64,000 nt of DNA. Origin: Macrostomum lignano. Lineage: Eukaryota. The notes under the pieces were generated by a model that saw nothing but the letters and a program-made list of their open reading frames with translations, had not been told where the DNA came from and did not search any database. This document shows positions 12,347 to 24,699 of the stretch, in pieces. Numbering within the stretch: position 1 is the stretch's first letter; every line of letters begins with the position of its first letter. Made by a program: the position numbers and the translations under genes. The stretch lies in NCBI GenBank assembly GCA_002269645.1, contig NIVC01000897.1, positions 310,001-374,000 of the forward strand, written 5' to 3'.

Positions 12347-12690
12347 TCAGTACAGTACAAGATGAGTACAGTACAAGATGAGTACAGTACAAGATGAGTA
12401 CAGTATAAGATGAGCACAGTACAAGATGAGTACAGTATAAGATGAGCACAGTACAAGATGAGTACAGTACAAGATGAGTACAGTACAAGATGAGTACAGT
12501 ATAAGATGAGTACAGTACAAGATGAGCACAGTACAAGTTCAGTACAGTAAAAGATCAGTACAGTACAAGATCAGTACAGTACAAGATCAGTACAGTACAA
12601 GATCAGTACAGTACAAGATCAGTACAGTACAAGATCAGTACAGTACAAGATCAATACAGTGCAAGATCAGTACAGTACAGGATCAGTACA
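12347..12690. repeat. 16-bp tandem array (AGTACAGTACAAGATG, switching to ...GATC)
   Basis: Read directly. Confidence 0.92.
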
Positions 12691-12735
12691 GTGCCTCGGT
12701 ACTCCGGTAAACGTTTGAAGCAAACGACCGGCTTG

Positions 12736-15700
12736 TCACTCGGCTAACGTTGGTGACGCCTGCCGCAGTGACGGCACGGCAAAGTAAATAGCAGCGGATC
12801 CGGACGGATCAGGGGCGGCAGTCGTCACGATGGCAGCTCCTCTGGAGTGAATGTTGCCGAGTGAGTGGCAGAACCGACTGCTGTCATCGCCACTGCCGCT
12901 GTCGCGGCCGCCGACGCCGCCGCCGCTGCCTCGATCGCTGTCGGTTGAGTCGCTAATCGCCAGGATGACGGCCGACGGGCTGGCAGCGGCGGAGGCCCGG
13001 CGTCGGTGCGACATCTCGCCGTGAACGCAGAGCCGGCTGCCGACGGTGCCGCCGCGTTGTACAGCAGCCGACAAGCCGGCTGGCATCGTCAATTGCTGGC
13101 TGGATTTCGATCGAGGAGCGTCGGCGGCGCTGACCGGGCTGGAGGCCGCCGACGGGTCCCAGCTGGCCGGGGCCGGCAGCGGGCGCAGGCGTCGGGACCG
13201 TCGACGCTGTCGCCGTACAGCGGAGTCGCAGCTGCTCAGAGCGTCGGCGTCGGCGCCGCGGATGCACGCTCCGGCGCAGCTGTCCGGCAGGATGAACGAC
13301 GAGGCAAGTCGCAGCTTTCGCAGAGTCTGCTGCTCGCGAGCGTCCAGTTCGGCGATGTACTCCAGCCGGAGCTCGCTAGGGATGGACAATCGGGCGGTGC
13401 TGGATACATCCAGGATTCCAGTTAGGCTTGAACACAAAAATACAGGAGCTGGATACGAGCCATAAGCCATCGACAACCTCTCGATGCAATACGAACACAT
13501 TGCATAGACGGGAAAAAGCGAGCAAGTTGGTAAGTCTGATCTGTGTTTAAGCATGATTTCAGCGACAGAGGTTGCTGGTGACGCCCTTCTTTGTGCCGAT
13601 GTCTATGGCCAAATCATCAACTTGCTTGACTTTTCCGTCTATGTCTATGGGCACGACCAAATCTACTGCTGCCAAATGGGAAGCCAAGGGGAATGTCCCC
13701 TCCCCCTCCACTTAAGTTTTGTTTTATGGACAGGTGAAGAGGCAAGCTACATGTAGCTGCGAAGGGAACAAACTGAAAACGCCTAGCAACGAAGTTTTTC
13801 CTCCCATACATTTCAGATGCATTCGTTTGCCTACCTGTCCTGTTCTGACTTAATTATAAGACAATAGGATTTCTGTATGGAAAAAGAGCTTTGCTAATTA
13901 TGGGGCAGACTAAAGGTAGCAATCATGAGCCAATCCGTTGAGGCATTATGAATAGGCTTGATTTTGGAGCTCAAACCGGCAAACGGCTGTCATGAAAAGT
14001 CACCTGCTCCCGAGCTTCTTCCCAATGCAGCGTGGCACTTAGAAGGTAGATTTACCAGCTATAGTTAAGATCCTCTGAAGACGTCCTTTGCCTCTAATTT
14101 GCATCTAAATTATCTGCAAAGGAACTGAAGAGACTTGGAAGTGAAGAGACTTGGAATTGAAGAGACTTGGAACTGAAGAGACTTGGAACTGAAGAGACTT
14201 GAAATGAAGAGACTTGGAACTGAAGAGACTTGGAACTGAAGAGACTTGGAACTGAAGAGACTTGGAACTGAAGAGACTTGGAACTGAAGAGATTTGGAAG
14301 TGAAGAGACTTGGAACTGAAGAGATTTGGAACTGAAGAGACTTGGAACTGAAGAGACTTGGAACTGAAGAGACTTGGAACTGAAGAGACTTGGAACTGAA
14401 GAGACTTGGAACTGAAGAGACTTGGAACTGAAGAGACTTGGAACTGAAGAGACTTGGAACTGAAGAGATTTGGAACTGAAGTGACTTGGAACTGAAGAGA
14501 CTTGGAACTGTAGAGACTTGGAAGTGAAGAGATTTGGAACTGAAGAGATTTGGAACTGAAGAGACTTGGATCTGAAGTGACTTGGAACTGAAGAGATTTG
14601 GAAGTGAAGAGACTTGGAACTGAAGAGATTTGGAACTGAAGAGACTTGGAACTGAAGAGACTTGGAACTGAAGAGACTTTGAATTGAAGAGACTTGGAAC
14701 TGAAGAGACTTGGAACTGAAGAGACTTGGAACTGAAAAGATTTGGAACTGAAGAGACTTGGAACTGAAGAGACTTGGAACTGAAGAGACTTGGAACTGAA
14801 GAGACTTTGAATTGAAGAGACTTGGAACTGTAGAGACTTGGAACTGAAGACACTGAAGAGACCATTTATCTTTCCAATACTCGTATTCTCACCTATCGCT
14901 GAGGATGTGGTTAATCTTATTATCGTGGGTCCTGATGTCCCGCTTTATCCAGGCGCAGCACCAAAGGCCGAGCAGGCAGGCCAGGCAGACGCCCAAGCAG
15001 AGCGGCAGCAACACCAGCAGACGGCGTTGATTGGCGCGCCGGCGAAACGCCTCAGCAGCCGGCCCGGTCAGCTGCTTCACAGCCGGCCTCGTCTGCGACA
15101 GTCCGTCGTCGGCTGTGGCTGACGCGGCGGCGGCTGTCTCGAGGGCGGCGCTCAGCTGATCCAGACAGGCGCTGGCCGACAGACAGTCGGACAGACTGAA
15201 CAGAAACTGTTGAAGGAGCTGTCCACCGCGTCTGCAAGTTTGTGAACTTGTTTGTTGTTTCTGAACTAATTTCTGCAGAATGCAGATTGAAAGGTCGGGA
15301 GTTCGATTCTCGACACCACTCGAAACAATTTGTGTCCTTGAGCAAGACATTTAACTCTGCATTGCTTCAGTTCACCCAGCTGTAAAATGGGTGCCAGCAT
15401 TAGCTGGGGTAATTGAGGCTGTGTGTGGCGACCCCCCAGTCCTTGGACTGAACAGCCGTACGCAGCCTTCAGATGCGCCGCGCAATAGCTGCGGCTGAGC
15501 TGTCGGTTGCACATCTGGCCATTAAGGCAGGTGTACTGTAATAAACAATTTTGCACCGAATCGGGTTCTTTCATCCCGATCTGCGATATTGACGCTTTGC
15601 AAGATGACGACACGTCGTCTTCGTGTCGTCGGCGTAACGGCAGGCTGTCAGTGTCTGTAGAAGGCGCTCGGAGGAAGTTAATTGGTGAAAATCGACACCG

Positions 15701-18278
15701 TGTTTCCCTAATTCCTCAGGGAAAAGATTTATCAAACCTTTGATATTGTTCATTGCCGGACATTCTTGGTTTACTAGTGAATTTCAATAGTGAAATGAAA
15801 TTTATACATTTCTATATGAGCGTCTAATACTATATGTTGATATATTAAGATCCATCTGGCTCGTCTGCTTTAGACGCCCACTAACAGTATCCGAATATTT
15901 TGCCATTAAATATAATTCGCCTTTTATACGAGAGAAACGCTATAGATGTACATGTATAAGGGCAGCCCTGATGCTGGCACTCCTCAATTGTAATGGCAGC
16001 CCTGCTTCTGGCACTCCTCAAATGTAATGGCAGCCCTGCTTCTGACACTCCTCAAATGTAATGGCAGCCCTGCTTCTGGCACTTCTCAAATGTAATGGCA
16101 GCCCTGCTTCTGGCACTCCTCAAATGTAATGACAGCCCCTGATGCTGGCACTCCTCAAATGTAATGACAGCCCCTGATGCTGGCACTCCTCAAATGTAAT
16201 GGCAGCCCTGCTTCTGGCACTCCTCAAATGTAATGGCAGCCCTGCTTCTGACACTCCTCAAATGTAATGGCAGCCCTGCTTCTGGCACTTCTCAAATGTA
16301 ATGGCAGCCCTGCTTCTGGCACTCCTCAAATGTAATGACAGCCCCTGATGCTGGCACTCCTCAAATGTAATGACAGCCCCTGATGCTGGCACTCCTCAAA
16401 TGTAATGACAGCCCCTGATGCTGGCACTCCTCAAATGTAATGACAGCCCTGATGCTGGCACTCCTCAAATGTAATGGCAGTCCTGATGCTGGCACTCCTC
16501 AAATGTAATGGCAGCCCTGATGCTGGCACTCCTTAAATGTAATGGCAGCCCTAATGCAGTCAGCAACCATCTAACCTGGCATCGCTCGGACTGTAGCGTG
16601 CTGGCAGCAGAGAAGACTTATTGCTGGCCAGAGCACCAGCTGGGATGGCCAGAGCCGAAGCAGTCGACAACTTAAACGACAGCAGCTGCAAAACCATCAG
16701 AAGAAACACTGTAGGGCATCGCATGAGCAGGCGCATTTTATGACGGAAATTTACTACTGATGATTTTAGGAGTTCGCCTGCGTACTACACTGAGCACGAG
16801 TATAGAGATTTATAACCTATTAAAGCCGAAAGCCCATTTCCGTTGCCATTGGCTGAGCTGTTCATGAGAGCTGCAGCGTATTCTCCCGCTTTGCGTACAC
16901 TCATTATTTCCTTCTCAAAATTCATGAACTTGACAGAATACATGAAATTAAAGAGAGAAATGAAATGAGACGCATTTGAGAATTTGATTTGTGTCATACG
17001 TCTAAAATTTCCTGGAAGTCAGTCTAGGAATTCTGCATAATTCTGCTTTCAATCGCACTTACTCAAAAGTACAATATATATTAGAATGCCATTAAGATTA
17101 TAACATAAAGAGTTATTGAAACTTACAAACGATCATAAAAATCCGGTCTTCCTTTTGAAAGAATATCAATAAGGGAAAAATTACAGGTTGATAGACTTGC
17201 GTACGTACTTTATAAGTAAATCTTGTACACTCCATAGAGAGTAGTCTTCAATTCAGAAATCAATTAGAATAACTTGTCTATGGCCCATACTACACATAAG
17301 CCAGACTGTACAAGGAAGTGAATAGTCTATGGGCCAGACTGCATCAGGAAGTGAATAGTCTATGGGCCAGACTGCATCAGGAAGTGAAGTCTATGGGCCT
17401 GACTGCATCAGGAAGTGAATAGTCTATGGGCCAGACTGCATCAGGAAGTGAATAGTCTATGGGCCAGACTGCATCAGGAAGTGAATAGTCTATGGGCCAG
17501 ACTCCACAAGGAAGTGAATAATCTATGGGTCAGACTGCACACAGGGAAGTGAATAGTCAATGGGCCAAACTACACAGAGAATAGTCTATGGCCAAGAAGT
17601 AGACTGCACAAGGAAGTGAATAGTCTATGGGCCAGACTGTACAAGGAAGTGAATAGTCTATGGGCCAGACTGCACAACGAAGCGAATAGTCTATGGCCCA
17701 GAAGCTCAGTGACTGCAGAGGCCCTACAAGCCCAGATTACTATCAGCAGCCAGCTCCTTGACCTCCTGTTCGGCAAGCACACTGCCGGCCTGACGCAGCT
17801 CCACCAGCAGTTGAGTCTGAAATTCGTCCACCGCCTCGGTGAACGCGGCCGACAGCAGATTTTTGTTGACTCCGACGCCGACAGCCCAGCCGCCGTCCGG
17901 TTGATTGGCCTCGGATTCAGCCTCATCTAACTCAGCCTTCAGCTGGCGCTCCCGCTCCACCCTGTAGGCGGCCTCCTCGGTGTCGCCCTGTCTGGCGGCC
18001 AGCTCGGCCATCGCCTGGCCGTGCCGCAGCTCGTCCAGGAGGCGACGCCGTCGCATCTCCGGAGTTTCGTTGTCTTGCGCGCCCTCGTTAGCGCTCCGTC
18101 GGGCGGCCCGACGGAGTGCAGCCTGGCGGACAAGAATAGCCTGGTGCAAGCCTTTCAGAGTGCGCTGCATCTGGGACTCGGCCTCGCTGCACAGCAACGA
18201 CAGCTCAGTGGGTCGGAAGTCGGGAAACGAAGTTGGGCCGGACATGCCAAGGGTTGGGGATGCACAGGACACAGAAAT
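12736..18278 (-). CDS. Unrecognised coiled-coil, single-TM protein; candidate exons 18278..17763 (or ..17728), 16685..16576, 15231..14893, 13399..12736; 5' end uncertain
   Basis: GC-rich open exons with AG acceptors at 18279, 16686, 15232 and 13400, and donors at 16575 (gttaga) and 14892 (gtgaga). The last three exons join in phase 2. TM segment LLVLLPLCLGVCLACLLGLWCCAW; helical charged segment (RVERERQLKAELDEAE) in the first exon. The donor of the first exon is ambiguous. Confidence 0.6.
14124..14850. repeat. 16-bp tandem array (GAAGAGACTTGGAACT)
   Basis: Read directly. Confidence 0.95.
15275..15548 (+). mobile_element. tRNA-derived CORE-type SINE
   Basis: B-box gttcgattc at 15301. 15331-15392 tgtgtccttgagcaagacatttaactctgcattgcttcagttcacccagctgtaaaatggg aligns by eye to the MIR/CORE consensus TGTGACCTTGGGCAAGTCACTTAACCTCTCTGTGCCTCAGTTTCCTCATCTGTAAAATGGG (recalled from memory). 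Confidence 0.7.
15961..16553. repeat. 34/35-bp tandem array (GCAGCCCTGCTTCTGGCACTCCTCAAATGTAATG)
   Basis: Read directly. Confidence 0.92.
17300..17700. repeat. 33-bp tandem array (GTGAATAGTCTATGGGCCAGACTGCATCAGGAA)
   Basis: Read directly. Confidence 0.9.
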
Positions 18279-18479
18279 CTGTTATCATGCATGGAATGAA
18301 AGTTTGCTAACATACTACTTAAGTTAAGAATTCTAGTAGTAAACTAAAAAACTAGCTAGTTAGGTCTCTCCAGGCGGACAAAATGAATTAGACAGCTCGC
18401 TATAGCATTCGAATAGATAAAAGATAAATATGGGCCAGACTGAATCAAGAATCAATTCGTGGCCAACCTAGACTCAGCA

Positions 18480-19093
18480 CCTTAGCAACTCCCCATTGAG
18501 CCTTGTCACCTCAGCAACTCCCCATTTGGCCATGGAATCTCAGCAACCCCCGATTGAGACAATTGGCATTTCAGCAACTCCCATTGAGCCAATTGGCATT
18601 TCAGCAACCCCCCATTGAGCCAATTGGCATCTTAGCTACTCCCCATTGAGCCAATTGGCATCTCAGAAACTCCCCCATTGAGCCAATTGGCATCTCAGCA
18701 ACTCCCCATTGAGCCAATTGGCATCTCAGCAACTCCCCATTGAGCCATGGCATCTCAGCCACTCCCTATTGAGCCAATTGGCATCTCAGCAACTCCCCAT
18801 TGAGCCAATTGGCATCTCAGCCACTCCCCATTGAGCCATGGCATCTCAGCCACTCCCTATTGAGCCAATTGGCATCTTAGCCACTCCCCATTGAGCCAAT
18901 TGGCATCTTAGCCACTCCCCATTGAGCCAATTGGCATCTCAGCAACTCACGATTGAGCCAATTGGCATCTTAGCCACTCCCCATTGAGCCAATTGGCATT
19001 TCAGCAACTCCCCATTGAGCCAATTGGCATCTCAGCAACTCCCCATTGAGCCAATTGGCATCTCAGCAACTCCCCATTGAGCCAATTGGCATC
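18480..19093. repeat. 31-bp tandem array (TGAGCCAATTGGCATCTCAGCAACTCCCCAT)
   Basis: Read directly. Confidence 0.92.
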
Positions 19094-19538
19094 TATCTAA
19101 TAATCTAATAAATACTTTTCAACTCAACTATTTACATTATAGTCCTATAAACACTACTCATAGTAGTTAAGTAAGTAAACAAAAAATAATGAGACTCGTT
19201 CGGAATAGGCGATACTTTATTGATTGACAATATATAGACGCTTCTGGACCCTTTCACAACTTGTTCCACAGTTGATCGAATAAAAAAGAAATCTTGAAGA
19301 AGAAAGCAAGCATTGCACAAGCCAGCAAGTCAAAGAAGCGATGGGCAGACGAAGTCAGTACAAAATGAATGCAAATATTAAAAATGTGGCGCAAGAGAAA
19401 AAGCCAGCAAAAAATAATCATTAAGCTCATGATTTATAAAGCAAGCAAATAAAATCATATTTTAATATGCATTCTCGATAGATAAAGGCATAAACCAATA
19501 AAAAGATTGATATGAATTCGCTGATTTGCTAATCAAAA

Positions 19539-19874
19539 TCAGCCATCAGTGTCGGCCAATGGTGCGGGACCATCTGGCAGTTGATTGACAGTAGCGGTCA
19601 AGCCAGGCAGGTCAAGAGTTCGAGGCCGCTGTAGCGAGGCTGATGGTGGCCGCTGCTGCTGTTGCTGTGACTTCAGCTCTGGAAGCGGTGACCTACAAGT
19701 TTCACCAAGCGGAGTCTGGGCTGACAATTTGGTGAAACTTCTGTCCTCACTGCCAGCATCAAGGCGGCCAGCCAGCAATGGACTGCAGGCTGCCACTGCA
19801 CTAGACATTGCTAAGGAACCAAGAGCACCACCTCTAATTGGCTGAGGCACATGGGGCAGTGCCATGCTTTGCAC
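19539..19874 (-). CDS. Possible isolated (terminal?) coding exon, low-complexity S/P/Q-rich
   Basis: GC-rich open frame in AT-rich DNA (…ELKSQQQQQRPPSASLQRPRTLDLPGL…ADTDG*), with AATAAA downstream on the minus strand near 19218. No partner exon identified. Confidence 0.35.
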   Translation of the reverse strand: MQSMALPHVPQPIRGGALGSLAMSSAVAACSPLLAGRLDAGSEDRSFTKLSAQTPLGETCRSPLPELKSQQQQQRPPSASLQRPRTLDLPGLTATVNQLPDGPAPLADTDG

Positions 19875-22436
19875 CTCAATGCAATGCAGCAGTTCATTTA
19901 ATTATTTTGCGTTTTTTCCTATGCAACATTTTAGCATCCATGATGAGGCAATGGCTGCAAAGGCAATCTGGCTCTGGCTTATACAGGTTACACAGCTAAC
20001 TAGACCTAACTGACAGCCTAACTAACTTCTCCATATGCTGCCTGCAAAGGGCCTTGGCTGTGTTTTTTTGCCTTAGTCTAAATTGCAAATAAATAAAGTG
20101 AACAACATAAAAATCAATAAATTCTGTGTGGATGGCTTTATTCTCAGTTAGGCTGCCACAAGCTATATTTTATATAGCCATTAATTTATAAAATAAAGCA
20201 ATATAACATGCACATTTTGCCTAAAAATATATAGCATGCGATAATAAACTCACAATATTGTATTATATATTGTCTAAGACTTGTCATGAAACAGGTATAT
20301 ATTTGAAACAATAATCAAATAAGCTAGAATTAATTTACTATAGCCTAAGACTAAGAGCAGTACAATCATTATTATAGCTTTAAGCTAAATATGAGTACAA
20401 AGTTTATTTATTTTTATTATTTATTCAGATTAAAACACTAAGCTATAAACAAAATATTTTAATGATGATATATTATATATATCAAGTATCAATCAATTAA
20501 ATGTTATTTATAATTTTTTCTAACTTTGATAATAACATTCTGCTTTTTTAATTATATAAAAGTAGTTTAAATACTGAGAAAAATCAAAGTATAATAAATT
20601 AGATGATAGAGAATATATAGGCCTTACAGGCAATCTTTTCTTTTGAAAATTTAATTATTTTGTTAGAAATTTGCAATTCAAATTGGTGCAAAATGATATG
20701 ACATAAAGATTTGTCTCTAACAAAAAGTCTGACTATTACTCCTATCATTTAGGTAGGTAGACTTTGTCAGTGGTCAGTTAATGTGGGACAGATATAATAG
20801 ACTCATAACTCAAGCAATCATGCAACTTAATTATCATAGTATACCACTAAAACCATGGCTAGTTGCCTGCTTAATACCTACTGAATTAAAACTTTTATGT
20901 CAACTTTTCTATTAACTTTTCTGTCAACTATTCTATCAACTTTTCTGTCAACTTTTATATTAACTATTCTGTCAACTATTCTCTGTGCTATAGAAGTACT
21001 ATTTGCATGTTTTTCTTTGGAAATGACTGAAGTAAAATTATTAATATTGTTTATTTTATTCAGGTCTTTATTTTCAAAAATCAATTTTTATTTTTCTTGG
21101 AAACCAAAAGAAAAAAATGACAAGCCATCACAATCACACCTGAAGACAATAAAATAAATTTACATTCATAAAGCATTTTCTGATTTTTTGCTTTATGTAA
21201 AGTCATTTTTTATCTTTCACTTATATGTACACACTTTATGTATACATATAATTAAAAACACTTAACATTGGCATATGATATAGTTTCAGTTAATATGTTA
21301 AAGTATATTACAACAATATTTTGTATCCTAAGCATCTATTATTATTTTTCTATGCTGCTTTTTCACTTTTTTATATACCATAGTACACTATATATAGGTA
21401 TAACATATATATTTACATGTTTACCAATTTTATCTACTTTTAATTTTATCATTCTACAACATATATACACATATAGACTAACATTACAATTCTACCAAGA
21501 ACATGTTTGCTAGGCATGGTTAAGTTTAAAAAGTTACTCATCAAAGAACTTGCAATGTTGCATATAATAGAATAAATTTTGGACACTACAATCTACCATT
21601 AGGTATTGGAGCTAAGCTTGCTATAAATTTAAGCTTTAAATACATTGGCTTAAGTTAATTAAATATAAAGTTTCTATATAGGTCTATGACATATATATTA
21701 ATTAGTTTTTTAGACATTTTATAATCTTTCATGTTGAAATGATTTTTTGGTATATAAAATATGTTTTACTCATACATTTATTCTAGCTCTTTAAGCTGGC
21801 CACTATACTAGCAGGTCCATGTTCTGCACAAGTAGCACAGAAGCATGCAGTCTGTAGCTAAGCATGGCAATAAGACAGAAGGCTATAGTACTGCAGCACC
21901 AAGTAAGGTTAGTGATTTTTTGTAATGGAAGAAATATTAGTATTTCCATATTTTTTAAAGATGTTTTTACATGTGAATTTTACGAGCTAAAAAATGTTTA
22001 TCATCTACCACAGTTTTATACAATCAGAATTTTGCCAAGTGTTTTCAAGTCTTATCTTGTTGTAGAAGAAAAAGAAGGCCAACTAAATTACAGAATGAAG
22101 GCATCTTGGATGAATGGGGTGATTTGGCCAGTTTTTAAAGATTGTAGTGAGCATAATCAGTCATTTTATCTAAAAAGTGAATCCCTAACATAACAAAGGA
22201 AGTGCTACATATTATCAATGTCTGATATGCACAGAAGATGCTAACTTTGCTGCTCATTTCATTCTAACATTCTCTGAACTTCCAATGGAAGATGAGGAAT
22301 CACTAAATTTCTAAATATAGAAAGACCATACTGGTTATAACCTGCAAGTTTGTAAGGCAAATATGCGCACCTATGGCAATGTGGTTTTTTTAATTCTTGG
22401 TTGTTTGTTGAGCAGTAGGCAACAGAGGTAGACTTA

Positions 22437-23179
22437 TGTGGTAGGCCGGTCTACCACTGGGGTTCCGGCAGCAGTTGGCGACTGCACCACGCCTCCCTCC
22501 GGAGGAGTGGTATTTGACGTCACCAGCGGCTCCAATGGACGATAGTTTTGTTTTCCCTTTGTTGTTCCCACCTCTGTTTCCTCTGTTGCTCCTTCCTTTG
22601 TTTTTGCCTTGTTTTACTGTGCTCCCCCCGGTGTTCCCCCTTGTGTCCCACCCCTTGTTTGTAGTAAATTTTTATTGTATTTTTATTTTTATTGTAGCAA
22701 CAGCCAACATTATTAATTTATTCAGTTGTTCTGAATTGAAGCTTATAGTCTTTATTAAGTCATTTGCCCGCGGGGCGTAAAATAACCAATCAGTCTCATT
22801 TCAAAGAAAGCTCTGAGACCTTTAACGTTCCATAATACGAAATTACAATGGTGGCAGCACTACTTTACTACTGATAGTAACAAACCAAGTATATTGACAG
22901 TTCACGAATTCTACGGTGTCTGAGGACCCAATTTGAATGACTGTGCCACAAAAGACCACTTGACTGCAATTACAACTACCCTCCCCCCAGAAATGAGGAC
23001 CCCGGCAGACGGAGTACCCAAGAAGAATCAGTGCATCAACTCGAGAAATTTTCCCGCTTTATAAGTGTCGAGACAATGCAGGCGGCAATTCAAACGTGAA
23101 ATCCACCCCACCTCACTGGTGTCAACCAACAACGCAAACTGCCAATTCAAAATTATAAATCTTCTCTACCCCCACCTCA
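22437..23179 (+). repeat. 5' LTR (743 bp)
   Basis: Homologous to 27744-28791; similarity ends exactly at TGTGGTAGG and CACCTCA. Confidence 0.9.
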
Positions 23180-23180
23180 C

Positions 23181-23200
23181 TGGTGTCAGCTAAGTGGGAT
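23181..23200 (+). promoter_or_regulatory. Primer-binding site, tRNA-Leu-like
   Basis: tggtgtcagctaagtgggat equals TGGTGTCAGAAGTGGGAT (complement of the tRNA-Leu(CAA) 3' end, recalled from memory) with a 2-nt insertion, 1 nt after the LTR. Confidence 0.7.
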
Positions 23201-23414
23201 AACGAAACGCCGAAATCCCTTCAACAAGTCGTTTAAAATTTATGTCATGGCTTCAACAACTAACTCAACGGCCGCGAATGCGACAACCGACACTGTGGGC
23301 CGCGACAACTAAACTACTAGGCTGACCTACGACAAGATGATTCGAGCAGTGACCAAAGAGGTGCGACAGCAACTGGAGCAAGCCAACTAAGGACAGCCGC
23401 AACACCATCACCAC

Positions 23415-24620
23415 ATGTATCAGCCGCCCGAACAGCCTGACCAAGCTCTAGCGCCGAAACCGGTCAAGATTCAGCGGTACACCCCAAACCAGGACTTTGA
23501 CATTTGGATCCAAGCTCTTGAAGAGTGTTGCAAACTTAACGGGATCGTAGACGACAGATGTAAGAATGCGGAGGTCCTAGTGAATTTGGACATTGCCACC
23601 ACCTATCTCAAAGTTGTCAAGATGGAACTGCCGGACAATCTGACGTTTGGCAAATTCAAGCAGAGATTGTCCGAATGCTTCACGCATGTGGCCAACACGC
23701 TGGAGTACCGCGAGCAATTCCGGTGCTGCCAGCAAGGCAAGAATGAGAGTGTGGACGACTACAGCGATTGATTAATTGCTCTGGCCGATAGAGCATTTCT
23801 GCACTTCACCCTGGTTCAGAAGCAGGCCGAGCTAGTGGACCAGTTCACTGTGGGAGTGCGAATTGCCCAGTCGGCCAGAGAACAGCTAATCCTGGTGCGA
23901 CCACAGAATCTGACTGCAGCAAGAAGGGCTGTGCTATGCCTGGAGACAGCAGCTAGTCTGGCTCAGAGAGTAGCACCGCCGCCAGCAGCAAGACACGTCC
24001 GGGTTCTTGAGGATGACAATGGTCAGTCACCAACTAGAGTGCAACACAACAAGTCATCTCGGCCCGAGGAGAATTGGTTGCGTGAAGTGATGGAACAGCA
24101 AACTGAGGCTCTGCAAGAGCAGCGACGTCTTCTGGAAGCTTTGAGCAATGAGCTGCGAGAGTTCTACTTGCTGGGATTGCGCAATAACAATACCCAGGAG
24201 CCATGGGAACCTGCACGCCACCAGCCACAGGGCCAATGCAACAGATGTTTGGTTCCCTCGACTCCTCGCCGCAGCGCCGATGAGAGCGCCCAATTCAAGA
24301 CACCCGGCACACGGATTGTGCAGCACGAGCAGTTCTATCAATTCAGCAACCACGAGACGGCAGCAACCTGCCGCCAAGGATGCCACCAGCAGGAGGTCAA
24401 CATTGACAGCAGCAGCAGCTGTAGCAGCAATAGTCGGGTTTTCACCCGCCGCCCTATCAGCTATGGCGACAGAGTGCCATGTGTTACAGGTACAATTGCG
24501 AGCACTGCACCGACAAGTGCCCGCACTGGCGGTTGGCCAGCACCGCATCCCAGCCACGGCAGCTTGGGAAATGGGACGGCTGGATGCACCAATGGGGTCA
24601 GCGCCATCCAGTAGCCGAGC
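23415..24620 (+). pseudogene. gag (decayed)
   Basis: FDIWIQALEEC..YREQFRCCQQGKNESVDDYSD*LIALADRAF..DQFTVG..RPQNLTAA; degenerate zinc knuckle CYRYNCEHCTDKCP near 24482. Confidence 0.8.
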
Positions 24621-24699
24621 CAGTACTAAAGTCCCCACTGAGGACTTAAGTCGCTCAGCAGGCCACTGCTAAGACCGCCTTCGCCACACCTGTATAGAA

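Noticed and set aside
15275-15320. tRNA gene
   Set aside because: Only a B-box, with no complete cloverleaf; it belongs to a SINE head.
15560-15750. Minus-strand YADD peptide suggesting a LINE RT fragment
   Set aside because: Too short and the surrounding RT motifs are not convincing; needs a profile search.
15961-19093. 31-35-bp arrays as CRISPR repeats
   Set aside because: Head-to-tail monomers with no unique spacers, no cas genes, eukaryotic context.
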